Shown here one piece after another: positions 1 to 15,539 of a DNA stretch of 64,000 nucleotides; position 1 is the first letter of the stretch; each line of letters opens with the position of its first letter. A model generated the notes under the pieces. The model was given only the letters and a program-made list of their open reading frames with translations, ran no database searches and was not told where the DNA came from. Origin of the DNA: the human T2T-CHM13v2.0 reference genome, Homo sapiens; the NCBI RefSeq assembly GCF_009914755.1, contig NC_060940.1, one strand, 5' to 3'. The position numbers were made by a program, and so were the translations under genes.

Positions 1-151
1 GCAGCCAAATTCATTAACTACATATCCATTTATATAATTTTATAAAGTCATTTACTCAATTTTTTTTCACAATATAACTGGTTTCCTCAAGCTTTCTTAA
101 AGTCTAACAATTATTTAGAAGGGTTTCTGTTTGGAATTAAAGAATTTTGCT

Positions 152-446
<295 letters not shown>

Positions 447-1349
447 TTGCCAGAAGTCAATAAATGAAGCACTTTTTTTTTTTCTCTGTCTGTTGGGGGA
501 GACTGTATCTTTATACTTTTCAGAGAAAATCTTTGGACCTGAAGAATTAACATTAACCATTAAGAAGCAAAATGGAAAAAGAGACACATGTGGTACTGTA
601 ATAGTCTATACACTGTAGAAAAGTCAAGAATATTTGTTTTTATTTATTTTATAACATGGTTATTTTCAAAGCATGTTTTTGACTTGTCTAAGTGGATTAT
701 ATGAAATGTTTTACATTTAGCTTCAAAGTCTTTTGCAGATGCAGTCACTAAACTATCATTTATGGAGAAACAATTTAAGTTTTCACAAACTGCTATTGGT
801 TGTATAAAACAAATCTTATGAGGTATTTTTCTAAATTTCAAAATGATACATATAATACATATTCTTCTTTAATGAATGTTGTTCTCATTATTTTTCTGCC
901 TTGCATTTTCTTTAACAATTTCTAATTTAATGCTTAGTGATATTGAGCCAGGATTCAGAGATGCGGAGGTTTTGGGACTTGGTCTCAAATAGAAGTTTAT
1001 AAAGTGAAAAGAAGACATCTCAGACACAAGTGGGAAGGGCAGGCAAAATCATAAAGATGTGAAATACCACCACGTTTCATAACACATTCCCTTACTCCAA
1101 GCACAATCAATTCATTTAAAAAATTTAGGGTTGCAACATTGGTATGTCTTATGTGTCTTTTTGTTTTGGTCATGGGTTTATCATATCTAAATGATAAAGA
1201 ATTCCAAACATAGCAACAACCATCTTTTCATCTTCATTTTCAATCTACAACCACTAACAGACCCACCGTACATTATGTAACGATGCTGCTATCCAACATT
1301 TAATAAGTTCTTATAATGTCCACACATGATGTGTGATTTGCATTGTGTC

Positions 1350-1515
1350 AATAAACTTGCTCAGTGACTCTATGCAGCTAGTAGATACTATGTTTTATTT
1401 AAGAGGGGAAATTAAAGCTCAGAAAGATGATATAAAAAATCCAAGACCAAACAGCTAAGGGCAGACCTAGGATTTGAATCCAGACATGGCTTCAGAGCAG
1501 ATATCCTTATTCACT
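1350..1515 (-). mobile_element. MIR fragment
   Basis: GAGGGGAAATTAAAGCTCAGAAAG...CCAAGACCAAACAGCTAAG...GGATTTGAATCCAG resembles reverse MIR core. Confidence 0.65.
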
Positions 1516-3385
1516 GTAGCATTGTTTGTGATATAGTGGCAACTTTGAACAGAAAATATAGCAAACCTATAGCATTTTCCCCGTTTGAACTTTAATCATC
1601 TTCTTTTTCCTTTATCTTATTATACCTTTATTCTCCTACCCCTCTAGCCTCACCACTCCCCTCCATACAATTAGAGACCCATCTTTTGGGATTAGAGACA
1701 GATGTTCCAAATCACAGTGGGATAATTTTTTTTTTCTTATGGGATCACTGACCTATATTTTCCTTTGCCATAGGACTCTATTTCTGGAATTCTGATGCTT
1801 ATACAAAGGGGGAAATTCTCCCTTTGTGTTTATGAATACTTGCTCCTCTCTTTTTCTCTGTTTAGCTTTTTTCATTGGTCTGATAGACAGAAACCCTCTT
1901 CCTCATTGCATTTTGGTAGCAGTTAAATAGAAATATAAAATAATAAGCTAGATAGGTACAAAAATATTATCTTTCCATTACTAATACAAGCTGATATTAG
2001 AAAATATAGCTAATATTTCTAGGAAGAATATCTTTCAAATAGTTAAAACTAAACAAACATTGCTCAGTCCCACATAACACTGGTCTGGGACAAACTGCAA
2101 CCCCACGAGGGCAGAGTATACTCCATGGCTTCTACAAGCAACTTGTACCTAGAAGGAAAAGGAAAAAGAGCAAGGGGCTTATACACACATTGTTTATCAT
2201 TCCAAACTACCAAATCAAATGTGTCCTCCTTACCCACAAGAGAGGAACTCATTTGGGGGCAGGAGGAAAGAAGCCAGAGGAGTCTCTGACAAATGGAACA
2301 AAACTTCTGAAGTGGAGAACTGCCTTCCCATTCAACATTCGCATATTGTTAAAATAGTATAAAGATTCAATTGTGAGATGAGCCAAATAAAAGCTGTGGC
2401 TATCACCAATAGGAAGACAGTATAAAATTAGAATGAAGGCAAATGCCACCCAAAATGATCTTTTAAAGTGGAAAATGGAGGGCATTTCTTTAATCTAGAG
2501 AGATTGTTCCCTTGAGATAGATAAAAGTGGCCAGTAAATTTATTATATTTCTACTATATAATCACAGTTTTTATAAGTGTTTTCTGAAATTGTATAACCT
2601 GACCAAAACATCTCAGGTCAGAAAAGTATTGAAAATGATTCTTCGGATGCTTTGGTTTAATGTTTGAAAGATGATAGGATTATGATTTGTCCTAAACTGC
2701 TCAACAGAGCACACATTTTAAGAGCAAAGCACATTATAAAAAAAAGTGTCTGTTTCTTTTGTCAATTGCTATGATCCCAAAAAGAGCTGTTGAAAATTGA
2801 AGAATAAGAGAACAGACCTCTTCTTTTGTTGTAGGAGAAAGTTTAAAAAAAATTTAAGAGGCGAATAATAGCTGAAAGTTGAGATTTGGCAGACTGTATG
2901 ATATGATCTGATTTTCAATCAATCCTGAAACTGAGAATTTAAACACCTCCATCTGATATCAAATAGAAATGACCCACCGGTCATGCGGTCAGTATTTCTG
3001 TGCTCAGGATGTCTTGCAATAGAAGATTTTCCGCTTTATTTTATTCTTTCTCCAGCTCTAGCACATTCCCAAACTCCCTTACCTGCTTTTTGTCCAAGCC
3101 AATAGCTTGATGAGACAGAGCTGCAGAGTAGAAATAGTGTTAGGATAAAGTAGAATGCTCTTCAATATCAACATGTTTAGTTCTACAGTTATAGGAGAAC
3201 TATCTGTGAGCTTCCAATTAATGTGTAATTGAATGATAATACTATGTTGCTGCTTTGCTATGAACTATTTTTAATCTATGCTCTGGATAATTCATTAGAG
3301 CAGGTGTGTGCTTCTTGTCACCCAATGTGTCTTAGAAAAATAGCACTGTGGCATGGCACATAATAAAATGTCAATTAATTTTTCA

Positions 3386-3692
<307 letters not shown>

Positions 3693-4174
3693 TTAACTTT
3701 TTAATTGAATTATATTAAATTGAGCAGTAGAATGAAATATGAAAATGTATGTAGAGCCTGAGTCACACACAATGTAACACTTGTTTCCCAAGTGTTGAAT
3801 TCTGTCATTTTTGTTTCAGTAACCTACATGGAGGACACTTGTGTAGAAAATGGCACGAGATGTTTAAAGGAATAGAGAAGTGTGTCATACTTTTTATTTT
3901 TGCATTCATAAATCTGAGAAGATAGGAAACCAGCAAAATTTATCCTTTTTCTGAGTTTAAGGAATTTGGGGTAGATTCAACACTGCTTAAAAAAAGTAGG
4001 AATTTATCTCACTCACCACACACACTTATTTTTTGTTCCAAAATAAGGTGTATGATTATAACTTCATTTATAAAGATTTTTAAATTAAAAAGATATATAT
4101 ATATATATTTGCACAACACCTTGTTGCATAAAGAGCTAATTTAAAAAAATTTAATTAGTAGGCCAAATAAATAT

Positions 4175-4385
4175 ATTATGGTGGATAAAAGCTCAGATTT
4201 TGGAGTTCTTGCAGCTGAAGTTTAATCACCTGTGGGACCTTGGAAAAATTACTTAAGTTCTCTGAGCCTCATTATCCTCATTTTGTAGATCGGGAATCAA
4301 ATCGTACCTGCCTCATATTGCTGTTGAAGCTAAGACACCACATGTAAAGCACTCTTTGCGGAGGTAAATAGAAAATGTTAGTTAA
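4175..4385 (+). mobile_element. MIR
   Basis: GACCTTGGAAAAATTACTTAAGTTCTCTGAGCCTCATTATCCTCATTTTGTA core. Confidence 0.7.
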
Positions 4386-4571
4386 TTTTGGCTTTTGTTT
4401 TTATAAGAGAACACCTATTTTTGTCTCAGGCATTATAATAGGCAGATAGTATCACTTATAAACATAATTAGAAACTGAAGGTGAGACAAAATGACTTGTT
4501 TGAGGTCACAAGACTAGTTCGTGTAAAACAAAGACTAACATCCCAGGTCTTTTGGGCATTAGTACACCTTC

Positions 4572-4650
4572 CTTTTCTTTTCTTTTCTTTTCTTTTCTTT
4601 TCTTTTCTTTTCTTTTCTTTTCTTTTCTTTTCTTTTCTTTTCTTTTCTTT

Positions 4651-4698
<48 letters not shown>

Positions 4699-4699
4699 T
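4572..4699. repeat. Compound microsatellite (CTTTT)16(CTTT)12 derived from an L1 poly(A) tail
   Basis: Read directly; abuts the 3' end of a minus-strand L1. Confidence 0.97.
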
Positions 4700-5078
4700 T
4701 TTTCTTTAAGTTCTGGAATACATGTGCTGAACATGCAGGTTTGTTACATAGGTGTACATGTGCCAGGTGGTTCGCTGCGCCTATCAACCCGTCATCTAGG
4801 TTTTAAGCCCTGCGTTCATTAGGTATTTGTCCTAATGCTCTCCCTCCCTTTTCCCCACCACCCCCGACAGGTCCCAATGTGTGATGTTCCCTTCCCTGTG
4901 TCCATGTGTTCTCATTGTTCAACTCCCACTTATGAATGAGAACATGCCGTGTTTGGTTTTCTGTTCCTGTGTCCAGTTTGCTGAGGATGGTGGTGTCCAG
5001 CTTTATCCATGTCCCTGCAAAGGACATGAACTCATTCTTTTTTATGGATGCATAGTATTCCATGGTGTATATGTCCAC
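4700..5078 (-). mobile_element. 5'-truncated L1 3' end (L1PA8-PA10-like)
   Basis: TACATGTGC..CAGGTTTGTTACATAGGT..GGTTTTAAGCCC..TGAGAACATG; imperfect TSD TAGTACACCTT / TAGCACACTTT. Confidence 0.9.
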
Positions 5079-5434
5079 TAGCACACTTTTCAAGATGCAA
5101 CAAATCCAAGAGGGTATGTTGCTCAATAGTATAGCAGTTTGGTACCACAATTATGGACTATGCTAAAAGTGATCAAAGGAAGATAAGACTCTTCCTCCCC
5201 ACCTTCCCCTACCCCCACCCCATACACACATTTTAACTTTGAAGAGTTTAAAATTGTGTGCCTTGTTGTAGGTGTTAATGATGACACTGGCCACAGGGGG
5301 GCTGATCAGATGGGAGAACCTCACAAGGCCTCCCTTCCTTCTGGGGTCCACATAAAGGCATGGAGCCAGAGTCCCAGGTATTATAATAGCAAGTCTGATT
5401 GTCCAGAGTGTAGCTTCACTCATGGCATCAAGTC

Positions 5435-5545
5435 TGCAAGGTAGAAATTAACATCCCCATTTTATAGATGAGCAAACTAAGGCACAGTATGACTAGACAA
5501 CTTGCTTAAGACCACAAAGCTAGTAAATAGTAGAGATGTTATTAA
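5435..5545 (-). mobile_element. MIR fragment
   Basis: CCCCATTTTATAGATGAGCAAACTAAGGCACAG...AAGACCACAAAGCTAGTAAATAGTAGAG. Confidence 0.75.
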
Positions 5546-7999
5546 TGCCAGACAAAGTCAATCCAGTGTAATTGTCCTCAAGCAGTGTGTATTATATTTC
5601 TAAGGTACTTTTGTGCAAATATGCTGCTATATAGATATATTAAATTATAAGATTCATTTATCTGGGATGTGCACGTGGCAGAACAATGCTAGCTGGTAAA
5701 TTTTAAGATTATCCCAAGGCTATAGAAAAAAATCTTCAAACTTTTTTGGGTGTTAGGCCTCTTAACTGTGAGATGGCATAGTAGAATAGAAATTTTAGGA
5801 CTAGGTAAGTTCTGGATGGTATTGAAGTTCAAAGATTTTTTTATAATCAGTCAAGTATTAGAATGCCTTGACTTGAATGAGTGATTAACTATCAATAAAT
5901 AGTCAGTCTGTGACTATTATCTTATACCAGTAGAGACTCTATATAGTTTTCAGGTTTTAACCACATTTCTGGTGCCTGATAACCATCATACTGCTTCTTT
6001 GGAATAGGGTGTTTTTTTGTGCTAATAACCATGGTGTTTATACTACATCTATTTTAGAATGATATTTTAATATTTAGGATATGAATTATTTACAAAATCA
6101 TATGTGTTGTGTGGTCTGATCCTGTCTCCAACAACCTCACAATATACTTGAACACTAATAACCAGAAAAAAAGACCCTGCATACCTGTAACTAACTAAAA
6201 AGCCTGAGAGTTATCTCACTGGTGGGCAGGCTGGAAACCAAGCTTGATACAACCTTTGTACTTTTATGTACTTTGTTTTCTCAATCACATAAAAGAAGGG
6301 GATGTCAGATCTGTGTCATAGCATTCCCCTCTTAAACACCTTGGAATACCTGTTATAGAGGTTCCTTATGTTTCAGTTCAATCCTTTCTCTAGATCATAC
6401 AGAAATAAAAATGTAAAGAAGTCAAACACAAAATGAGAATAGTAAATCGACAGGAAAAGTGCTCAGAAACCATGAGGCCAAATCTACCATAGAAACTCTT
6501 TGGTCTTTTAGGCAGGACACAGTTTTGAAGTTCAAGGGCAGAGTCCTTGTGTTAAAAGGTGAATATTTTCAGAGTTAAAAGCGACGATCTTTTATATGTT
6601 TTTTAAATGTCTCTGCAAAGCCCCAAAGACCCAGAAAAGAAATAAAGGGGTACTTTATTCCCCTCTCATTTCTCATTTTGTTTTTCTTTGTTAATAAGGA
6701 CGTGGAGCTACAGTTGAGGTTATGACTGTGACCTCTTTGTAGTGTCCCATTAGAGAATAGGACCCATTTTCAGGGAGCAGTTGTGCTGAAATAAGAACCA
6801 GTGCTCATTCTAAGATGTAGCCTGAACTGGCCAGCTCAGAACTGAGGATATCTGTGTCACATCTTTAGAACAACGAAGGTGGAAATATGGCCAGGGTGAA
6901 GGTAGAAGTCACAGAGGAACAAACATTTGTCCTCTGATAAATCCTACTGCACTGAAAGTCATCATGAGGTACTTCTGAGCGATGACATTACGATTTCTTG
7001 CCCCAAGAGTACAACTGAAGCAAAAAACCTAGAAACAGAAGTTGAACTTCAGACACAGTTTTTAAAAAGAAAAATCTAAAGACATAGCAAAGATGACTGT
7101 TTGACATTCTCTCTCTCTGGCAAAATTACCCCTGAGGTAATGATTACTTGATTCTTTGGTCAAAGGGGAAATAGAAGGCTAATACAGAGAAAAAACTATT
7201 ATAGGCAAAAATGTCAGGCTGGGTGGAAGAAAGTTTTGGGGAATGGAGATGAGAAATAAAATCTAGTCCAAAATGTTACTGTGCAATTAAATAGAATAAA
7301 ATATATACTAATACAAAAGGAAATTTGTGACATATTCTTGAGTCTAAAAAGTACATAGATCTACCTTTTTTTCACATGTCCATATATGTATGTACACATA
7401 TTTATGGACACATACACATATAAAATTCCTTCAATGATTATAGCTGGGGAATGAGGATAGAAGATGACTCAAGGGGAAAATGTTCCTTTTAAAAAAATAG
7501 ACATCATTTTGTGTTTGAATTTTTTCAAGGTTTAAATGCCAAATTTTTAATAGAGCAACAATTTAAAAGTATATCATGTGGGAAGACACTGCAGTATATT
7601 TAAAAAGGAATAAATTTTGTTCTTTTTAGGTCAACTTGGGAAATAATACTTTCATCCTCTTCTCTAGTGTGTGAACTCAAACGGGGCAGGATCTGTCTTT
7701 AAAAATTTGGAATTTCCAGCATTGACCATTTACTCTGGCAAGTATGCAGTCTCAATAAGTTTTTGTTGAATGAATGGCACAGTGAATGGACAAATGAATG
7801 GAGAGAACTGAATAGCTAAATGGCGAAGTGAGGGCTTTCCATCCAGATCCTTCAGTTCATCTGACTTTCAGAGTTAAATGTGGTATTCTCTGAGGACCCT
7901 CCTTGAGCAGGGAGTAAAGACAATGGCTGTTCTGGAGCAGAAGCTGTCCTGGAAGAGGAGCAGGGTCATCTTTCTGCTCATTGACAGCCCTTTGGTTGA

Positions 8000-8351
<352 letters not shown>

Positions 8352-9061
8352 TGAAGTTTCTGTGATTAGCCAGAATTGGATTCTGGTGAGCAAAACAGAT
8401 AACATTTGTTTATATTAATCTCATTTATAAATTAGATAAGTCACAGTCACAGATATTATCAAATAGGTCTCAATATGTAGATCAGAAGGAGAAGGTATAG
8501 AATATGATTCTTTAATACAATGAAAATTATTATTAACTAATAGGAATATTTCAACATTAAGTGATAAAATGAGAACAATTCCTCCAGAAAAAAGTAGAGC
8601 TAATTTGTATTAAGCGCATGCTACATGCCAGCTTAGTTTGTGGTACTTTACATGAACTGGGCATTAGTGTTTATTTGTTTGTTTGTCTTCTTTAAATACA
8701 GTGAGGAACTGGAATTGGGGGCAGAGTAATTAAAACGCAGGACTACAATTCAAAGTTAACTAAATTTTTAAATCTGCATCTTTAGCTGTGATGAGGGCAA
8801 GAAAAGTAACCTCTTGTATGGAGAGGAGGAAGGCAGAGAACAAAGAATAGAATTTCCATTACTTCTTAGAGATAGGGTTTTTATAAAGACAGATACTCTC
8901 GACCCAGCAATCCCACTACTGGGCATCTACCCAGAGGAAAAGAAGTCTTTACACGAAAAAGATACTTGCACATGCTTGTTTATAGCAGCACAATTCACAA
9001 TTGCAAAAATGTGGAACCAGCCCAAATGCCCATCAATCAATGAGTGGATAAAGAAACTGTG

Positions 9062-9112
9062 ATATATAAATATATATATATATATATATACACGCACACA
9101 TATATATACACA

Positions 9113-9163
<51 letters not shown>
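9062..9163. repeat. (TA)n/(CA)n microsatellite inside L1
   Basis: Alternating purine-pyrimidine tract read directly. Confidence 0.95.
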
Positions 9164-9446
9164 GATGGAATACTACTCAGCCATAAAAAGGAATGAATCA
9201 ACGGCATTCGCAGCAACCTGGATGAAATTGGAGACTATTGTTCTAAGTGAAGTAACTCAGGAATGGAAAACCAAACATATGTTCTCACTCATAAGTGGGA
9301 GCTAAGCTATGAGGATGCAAAGGCATAAGAATGACACAATGGACTTTGGTGACTCAGGGGGAAAGGGTGGGAAGGGAGTGAGGGATAAAAGACTACAAAT
9401 TGGGTGCACTGTATACTGCTTGGGTAATGGGTGCACCAAAATCTCA

Positions 9447-9827
<381 letters not shown>

Positions 9828-9925
9828 TTAAAAAAGGACAGATACTCTCAAACTATTCCTCATCTCCTGATAGTATTTGTGATGTGAAAACCTGGGTTTT
9901 CATCTTGCCCTTCTTGTCTGTTGGG

Positions 9926-9926
9926 G

Positions 9927-9990
<64 letters not shown>

Positions 9991-9997
9991 TGTGTGT
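9926..9997. repeat. Compound (GTCT)n(CT)n(GT)n microsatellite
   Basis: Read directly. Confidence 0.95.
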
Positions 9998-10555
9998 AAT
10001 ATCTACAGGTTGGCTTCTCTGGGAAACAAGACAAGACAGAGTAAGGAGTGCAAAAAGTATACTGGGAGTAACACCTGGGGATCTCCAGAACGGATATGAG
10101 AACTGGCTAAGCCCAAGGCTATTTACCATACTGCCTTGCCAGGTCTTGGCCAGGGAATGCTTGAGAAGAAAATAACTTAGGCTGTAAAGCTCACATAACC
10201 CCAAGGAAGCTAAGATCTAGAGGACATTAGCCAATTGCACCGCTTGTACCAGATGATGAGTTCTTTCTTGAAGGAAGATTTGTGCAGTGTATCTCCAGCT
10301 CTCATTTCAGTCTAATAGATTTGGACCTCCTGGTAATATTTGTTGATCAAGTTTTGAAAATGTATGAAAATATATAATTGTTCTTCTTGTCTTTACACAA
10401 GCTTATATGACAAATGGATATGTCCAGATTCTTAAAGTGATTGTAAAATAAAACCAGTATTTCATCTCAAAGAGTGATTTTTATCATTTCACCAATCTTT
10501 GGTTATTGCATGGAATTTTACATTTCTGAATTTCAGACTACAACTACTAACTCTT

Positions 10556-11266
10556 TAAAAAATTTCTTCTATAAATTTATGGGTACAGGTGTGGTATTGT
10601 TACATGCATAGGTTGCACAGTGGTCATGTCAGGGCCTTTAGGGTATCCATCACCCAAATAACATACATTGTATCTTTGAAGTAATTTCTCATCCATCCCC
10701 CTCCCACCCCTCACCCTTCAGAATCTCCATTGTCTGTCATTCCATACTCTACATCCACATGTATACATTATTTAGCTCCCACTTATGAGTGAGAACATGT
10801 GATATTTGTCTTTCTATGTCTGACCCACTTCACTTAAGATAATGGCCTCCAGTCCTAACCATGTTGCAAAAGAAATACTTTTATCCTTTTTGATGACTAA
10901 ATATTATTCCATTGTGTGTGTCTGTTTGTGTATGTATTCCTTTTTTGTGTTTGTTTCAATTTAGTGTGTCCACATTTTCTTTATCCAATCATCCACTGAT
11001 GAACACTTAGGTTGATTCTACATCTTTGCTATTATGAATAGTGTTGTGATAAACATATGAGTGCAGCTATCTTTTTATATAACAATTTTTTGTTGTTGAA
11101 TAGATATCTGGTAGTGTGCCTGCTGGATCAAATGGTTGTTCTACTTTTAGTTCTTTGATAAATCTCCATACTGTTTTCCATAGAAGTTGTACCAATTTGC
11201 GTTCCTGCCAACAGTGTATAAGAGTTCTATTGTCTCTACATCATGAGAAACATCTGTTATTTTGCA
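10556..11266 (-). mobile_element. L1 3' end (L1PB4/L1MA3-like)
   Basis: AATTTATGGGTACAGG..TTACATGCATAGGTTGC..GAGTGAGAACATG..; TSD TACTAACTCTT on both sides. Confidence 0.88.
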
Positions 11267-11749
11267 AATACTAACTCTTAAAACATATTTTTCAGCTGTA
11301 AACTCTTTATAACATTTTAATTTAAGTAATATGGCCAGAATATCTATTAGTATTTTTATTACTAATAATTTTAATCAATGTAAAAATTTTGAATCCACTA
11401 TATATTTATTCAGATATGGTAGACATGATGCCAGCCATGATTTAACTCATGCTTTGGGAAGTGGACAAGAAAATCATTTGGTTAAGTATTTAATTTAGTT
11501 AGCTACTTTTTGTAAAGAATTTCAGATTTCAAGATAAATAATATCTGAACTGAGTGTTTAAGGAGTAGGAGAGGATCACCAAGTGAAGAAGGGGCAAGGG
11601 AGCTCCAGAAAGGTAATTTATCACATCAAAGGAGTGAGGAATAGAGTGTGTGACCCCCCTAAGGACAGGAGTGAAGTTTGCATAAAGAGATGGTGAAAAA
11701 CTCACTGGATCTAGATGGTGAAGGGTCCGTATGACAAGGCTGCCTTAAG

Positions 11750-11965
11750 AAGCAGTTAAGAGTATGGCTTCTGGTGTCATAAAGAACTGGACTCTAATCA
11801 CTGTTCTGTCATTTTCCAAATAACAATGATGACTTTGTATAGTTCCTCTATCTTCAGTTTCCTCATCTGTACAATGGGAATGGTAAAGCCTACTTTAAAT
11901 ATTAAGTGATATGAATATAAAGTACTTATTCTAGTGCTTGGCATATAGTCAACATTCAATGATTA
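11750..11965 (+). mobile_element. MIR
   Basis: TCAGTTTCCTCATCTGTACAATGGGAAT core and GTGCTTGGCATATAGT tail. Confidence 0.8.
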
Positions 11966-12719
11966 GGTAATATTTAAAAATCGGGCTATACATATCATTA
12001 ATGTTATAATTATTTTATATTTCCGTACCATATTTCATCAATTAATAGTAATCAGTAAACATGTATATCTCCCCTTTATATAAGACCTTCTTCCATATGG
12101 CAGGATCCTCATGGCAGCCTGCAGTCTGAGCAGTGGGAGGGAGATTCAGAAATTGCCTTTACTACTGGAAGCAGATTGCATGGTACTAATTAGATATGCA
12201 GAGGGGAGCACAGCAAATGTCTCCACAGCACTCATTGCTTTGGCTTGCTTTCACAACACCTCCTAGAGGAACAGTCTTCACCTGCCTGTTTATTGTATAT
12301 CGTTTCCTATAAGTTAGTGAAAAGCCTGTGGCTATAATCTTGAAATAGTTAAGAGAAATAAACAACTCAAATAAAGTCCTTAGTTTTTGCTTGTTTTCCT
12401 CTCTCTCTAATAATTAGGAATAAGTCATGCCCTGGATTTATTCTCAAATGGGAAATGTTTGTAAAACTAGCAAGACACAAGCAGCTTAACAGTAGGACAG
12501 TAGATGGCAAGTTTTTGCCAATCACACATTACTTTTCTCCTGCCCTCACCTTCTACACACCTGCCTTCAAACTTAACCAGAATATGTGGTTATGTGTTCA
12601 TTTCATGAGTGTGAGATGACCCAAAACTTCAACATGTCGATGAATAAGGACATGTATAGAATAGTGGTGCCTCCTAGTTTGTGGTTCCACTTTTAGTCAA
12701 CTGACCCCTATACCCATCC

Positions 12720-13100
12720 TTAATACTACTTCCAGTGTGACTTTAAGAATGCAAATCTGATAATGCAGCCACCCTGCTTCAAAACCTTAAGGAGTTCACT
12801 CTTGCTTTCTAGATGAAGTTCAAATTTCTTAGCTTAGTGCTCAGGCTATTTTAGATTTAGGCTCCAACTACTGCCAATCTCATCTGACATTCTTTCATGT
12901 TGCGTGGTTCACTGCAGTTGGAGTGAGCTACTAGAGGCAGCACATTTGCATGACACTGGAGCCCCTCTTTTGTTTCCTCTAATGCTCACTGATATTTCAA
13001 AAGTAACTCTAGGGTTGTCACTTTTTCCTAAATGCCTTTCTTGACACCCTACCTGACCTGGCTACATTTGGGTTCTCTTTTCTCTGTTCCCATAGATACC
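12720..13100 (+). mobile_element. L2 fragment
   Basis: TGCAAATCTGATAATG..CCCTGCTTCAAAACCTT..GATGAAGTTCAAATTTCTTAGC is L2 3'-like. Confidence 0.55.
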
Positions 13101-13126
13101 TGAATAAACAGCCTGAAGAGTAATTA

Positions 13127-13421
<295 letters not shown>

Positions 13422-15539
13422 AGATTAATTATAACTACCTGTTGAAATACAATGACATTCATAATTTTAGACAAGGAAAGGGAAGGGAAGGTTAAAATAG
13501 GATTAATAACAAAAATATATCAGCCCGGATAAAAAGGAAATTAAAGAAAAATTAAAGATAACATCATAATTTTTTATGAATATTTTGCAGATCCAGTGAG
13601 AATTACTGTAGGACATTTCTTGAACATACTTGCCCAGCCTTACTTTGTGCAAATATTATTGAGAAGGTGAAAAATAAGCAGAAGGTCTAGGCTATGCATG
13701 CATATATAACATAATACTAAAATTAATAATTGATCACATTTATTGAGTGTTTACTATGCTGGCCACTTTTCATACATTGCCTTTGAAGCTTGTGATGAGC
13801 AGTAAAATATGCTTCCTTTATGCAGATGAGAAAACTGACACAGTGCAAACTGTGTCAGATCTTGAAGTCAACGAGAAGAAGAATTGAGAGTAAAACTCGT
13901 GTCTACTTGATCCCTAGTGGTTACAGGGATAACGTTGAAGATACCTTAGTGAATCAACAAAGGTGAGGTCAGCTGCGATGAAAACCTCCAATGTGATTTG
14001 ACCAACCTGTATTATTCAGTATAACCAAACCTAAGGGGAGAATAGGCTAACCTGATGTCTCTTTAAATGTCCTGCTTATTATATGATTCCAACAACCACT
14101 GAGAGACTATAATTCATTGGAGGGAGTGGGGAAGGAGTCTTTATACGAACATAATATATTTCAGTGATCCTTCAATTTGGGTTTTTCTAGCCAACTGTGG
14201 GGAGAGATCCATTCTCTTTAATTCTTGTATCCCTAAAGTCAAATTTAGTAGGTACCACATGGAAGAAAGTCAATGTTTCTTAAATGGTTTTGAATGAGTG
14301 TAGTTTATCACTCTTTTTGGTAGAATCCAGTGCTAAATGAAAAGTTTAGAGCTCTCTTGACAGTAGATTTCTAGATTTAAAAGAAATGTAAGAGTTAGAT
14401 AATTCAATACCTTCATCTTATAGGTGAGGAGACTGAGATTGATGGGGGCAGCTGACAAAACTAAGGTCACACAGTAAATTAGTGACCAATTCACACTTAC
14501 AAACCATGCTTCCAGCTTAGCCACCATCATACTTTCTTGCTCTTTTGCAGTTTAGTTTCCTCAGAACTGAATAGCTCTTAGACTGATAGCATTGATATTG
14601 ATGTGGGATCTTGGTGTTCAAATAGCCCACCCTCTCATGCATTAAATAACACCTTTGCATACTTCTCTGCTCATTTTAGGGTCTCAACACCAAGAATTGT
14701 AACTGGAGAAGTGTCTTTTTTACTTGTGCCCAGGATGATGGCAGAAAGGCAGTGCATGGAGCCTGTTGTTCAGGATTCCCACTGAGAGTCAAAACAATGG
14801 GCATTGCCTGAAAAGGTTTCCTAAGATTTTTGGCTACAGCGTTTCAAACCAAAATGTTGAGATGTGGCATATGGCCAATATTTATAGCCCGCTTAGCCAG
14901 TGAACCTTTACAGAGCTATTACCAGAAGGATTTTCATGATTAATACCATCACAATACGAAGGAAATTTATTTGAGAAATAAACCCTTGGGCTCAGTAAAC
15001 AAAAACACAAGCACATCCAGAAGCCTGAGTTACCTTTGCCAAATTCTCTCCCATCATCAGGCAAATGCCCAAAGAAACCCTGACTTCCAGCCAACATGGG
15101 TTCCATAGAGAAATATGGAAGCTTCTGTTTTAACTTTCTTCTTCCTTTCATGACTGCCTTTTAAGAAATATTTACAGAAAAAGTTTATAGATTTGTATTC
15201 CTAAATCTATAGTATTATAGATAGAGTTCTTAGATTTTGGAAGATAGGGACATATGATCAAATTTTTAATGAAATACTCTGATTCAGTCAAGATGCCAGT
15301 GTCTCTTCACATTGCTGAGACCTAGAGACACTCAGAGACAGAGGGCAATTTTCCTGGGTATAATCATGACTCTTTGAACTGGGGTCAGCTAAAAACACTT
15401 CAGTCTATTTAGTTCTCTTCCCCAAACCACTTTTCCTTCATTGCAACAATATGTTCCTCATGTGAGGAGAGCGGATCTTTTCAATCCATGTACAATATGG
15501 AAATTCATAAGAGAGGCTGCCCAAGTAAAGTTTAACAAA

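Noticed and set aside
520-600. Possible small exon (TTTTCAG..GTG/GTACTG); similar candidate at 13591-13667
   Set aside because: Weak donors and no recognisable peptide; such matches are common in AT-rich DNA.
5289-5305. CTCF-like GGCCACAGGGGGGCTG
   Set aside because: Spacing does not fit the CCASYAGRKGGC core.
6960-7022. C/D-box snoRNA-like arrangement (ATCATGA..CTGA..CGATGA..CTGA) next to a hairpin at 6912-6936
   Set aside because: Box C is mismatched, C-to-D' spacing is too short, there is no terminal stem, and I recognise no rRNA guide.
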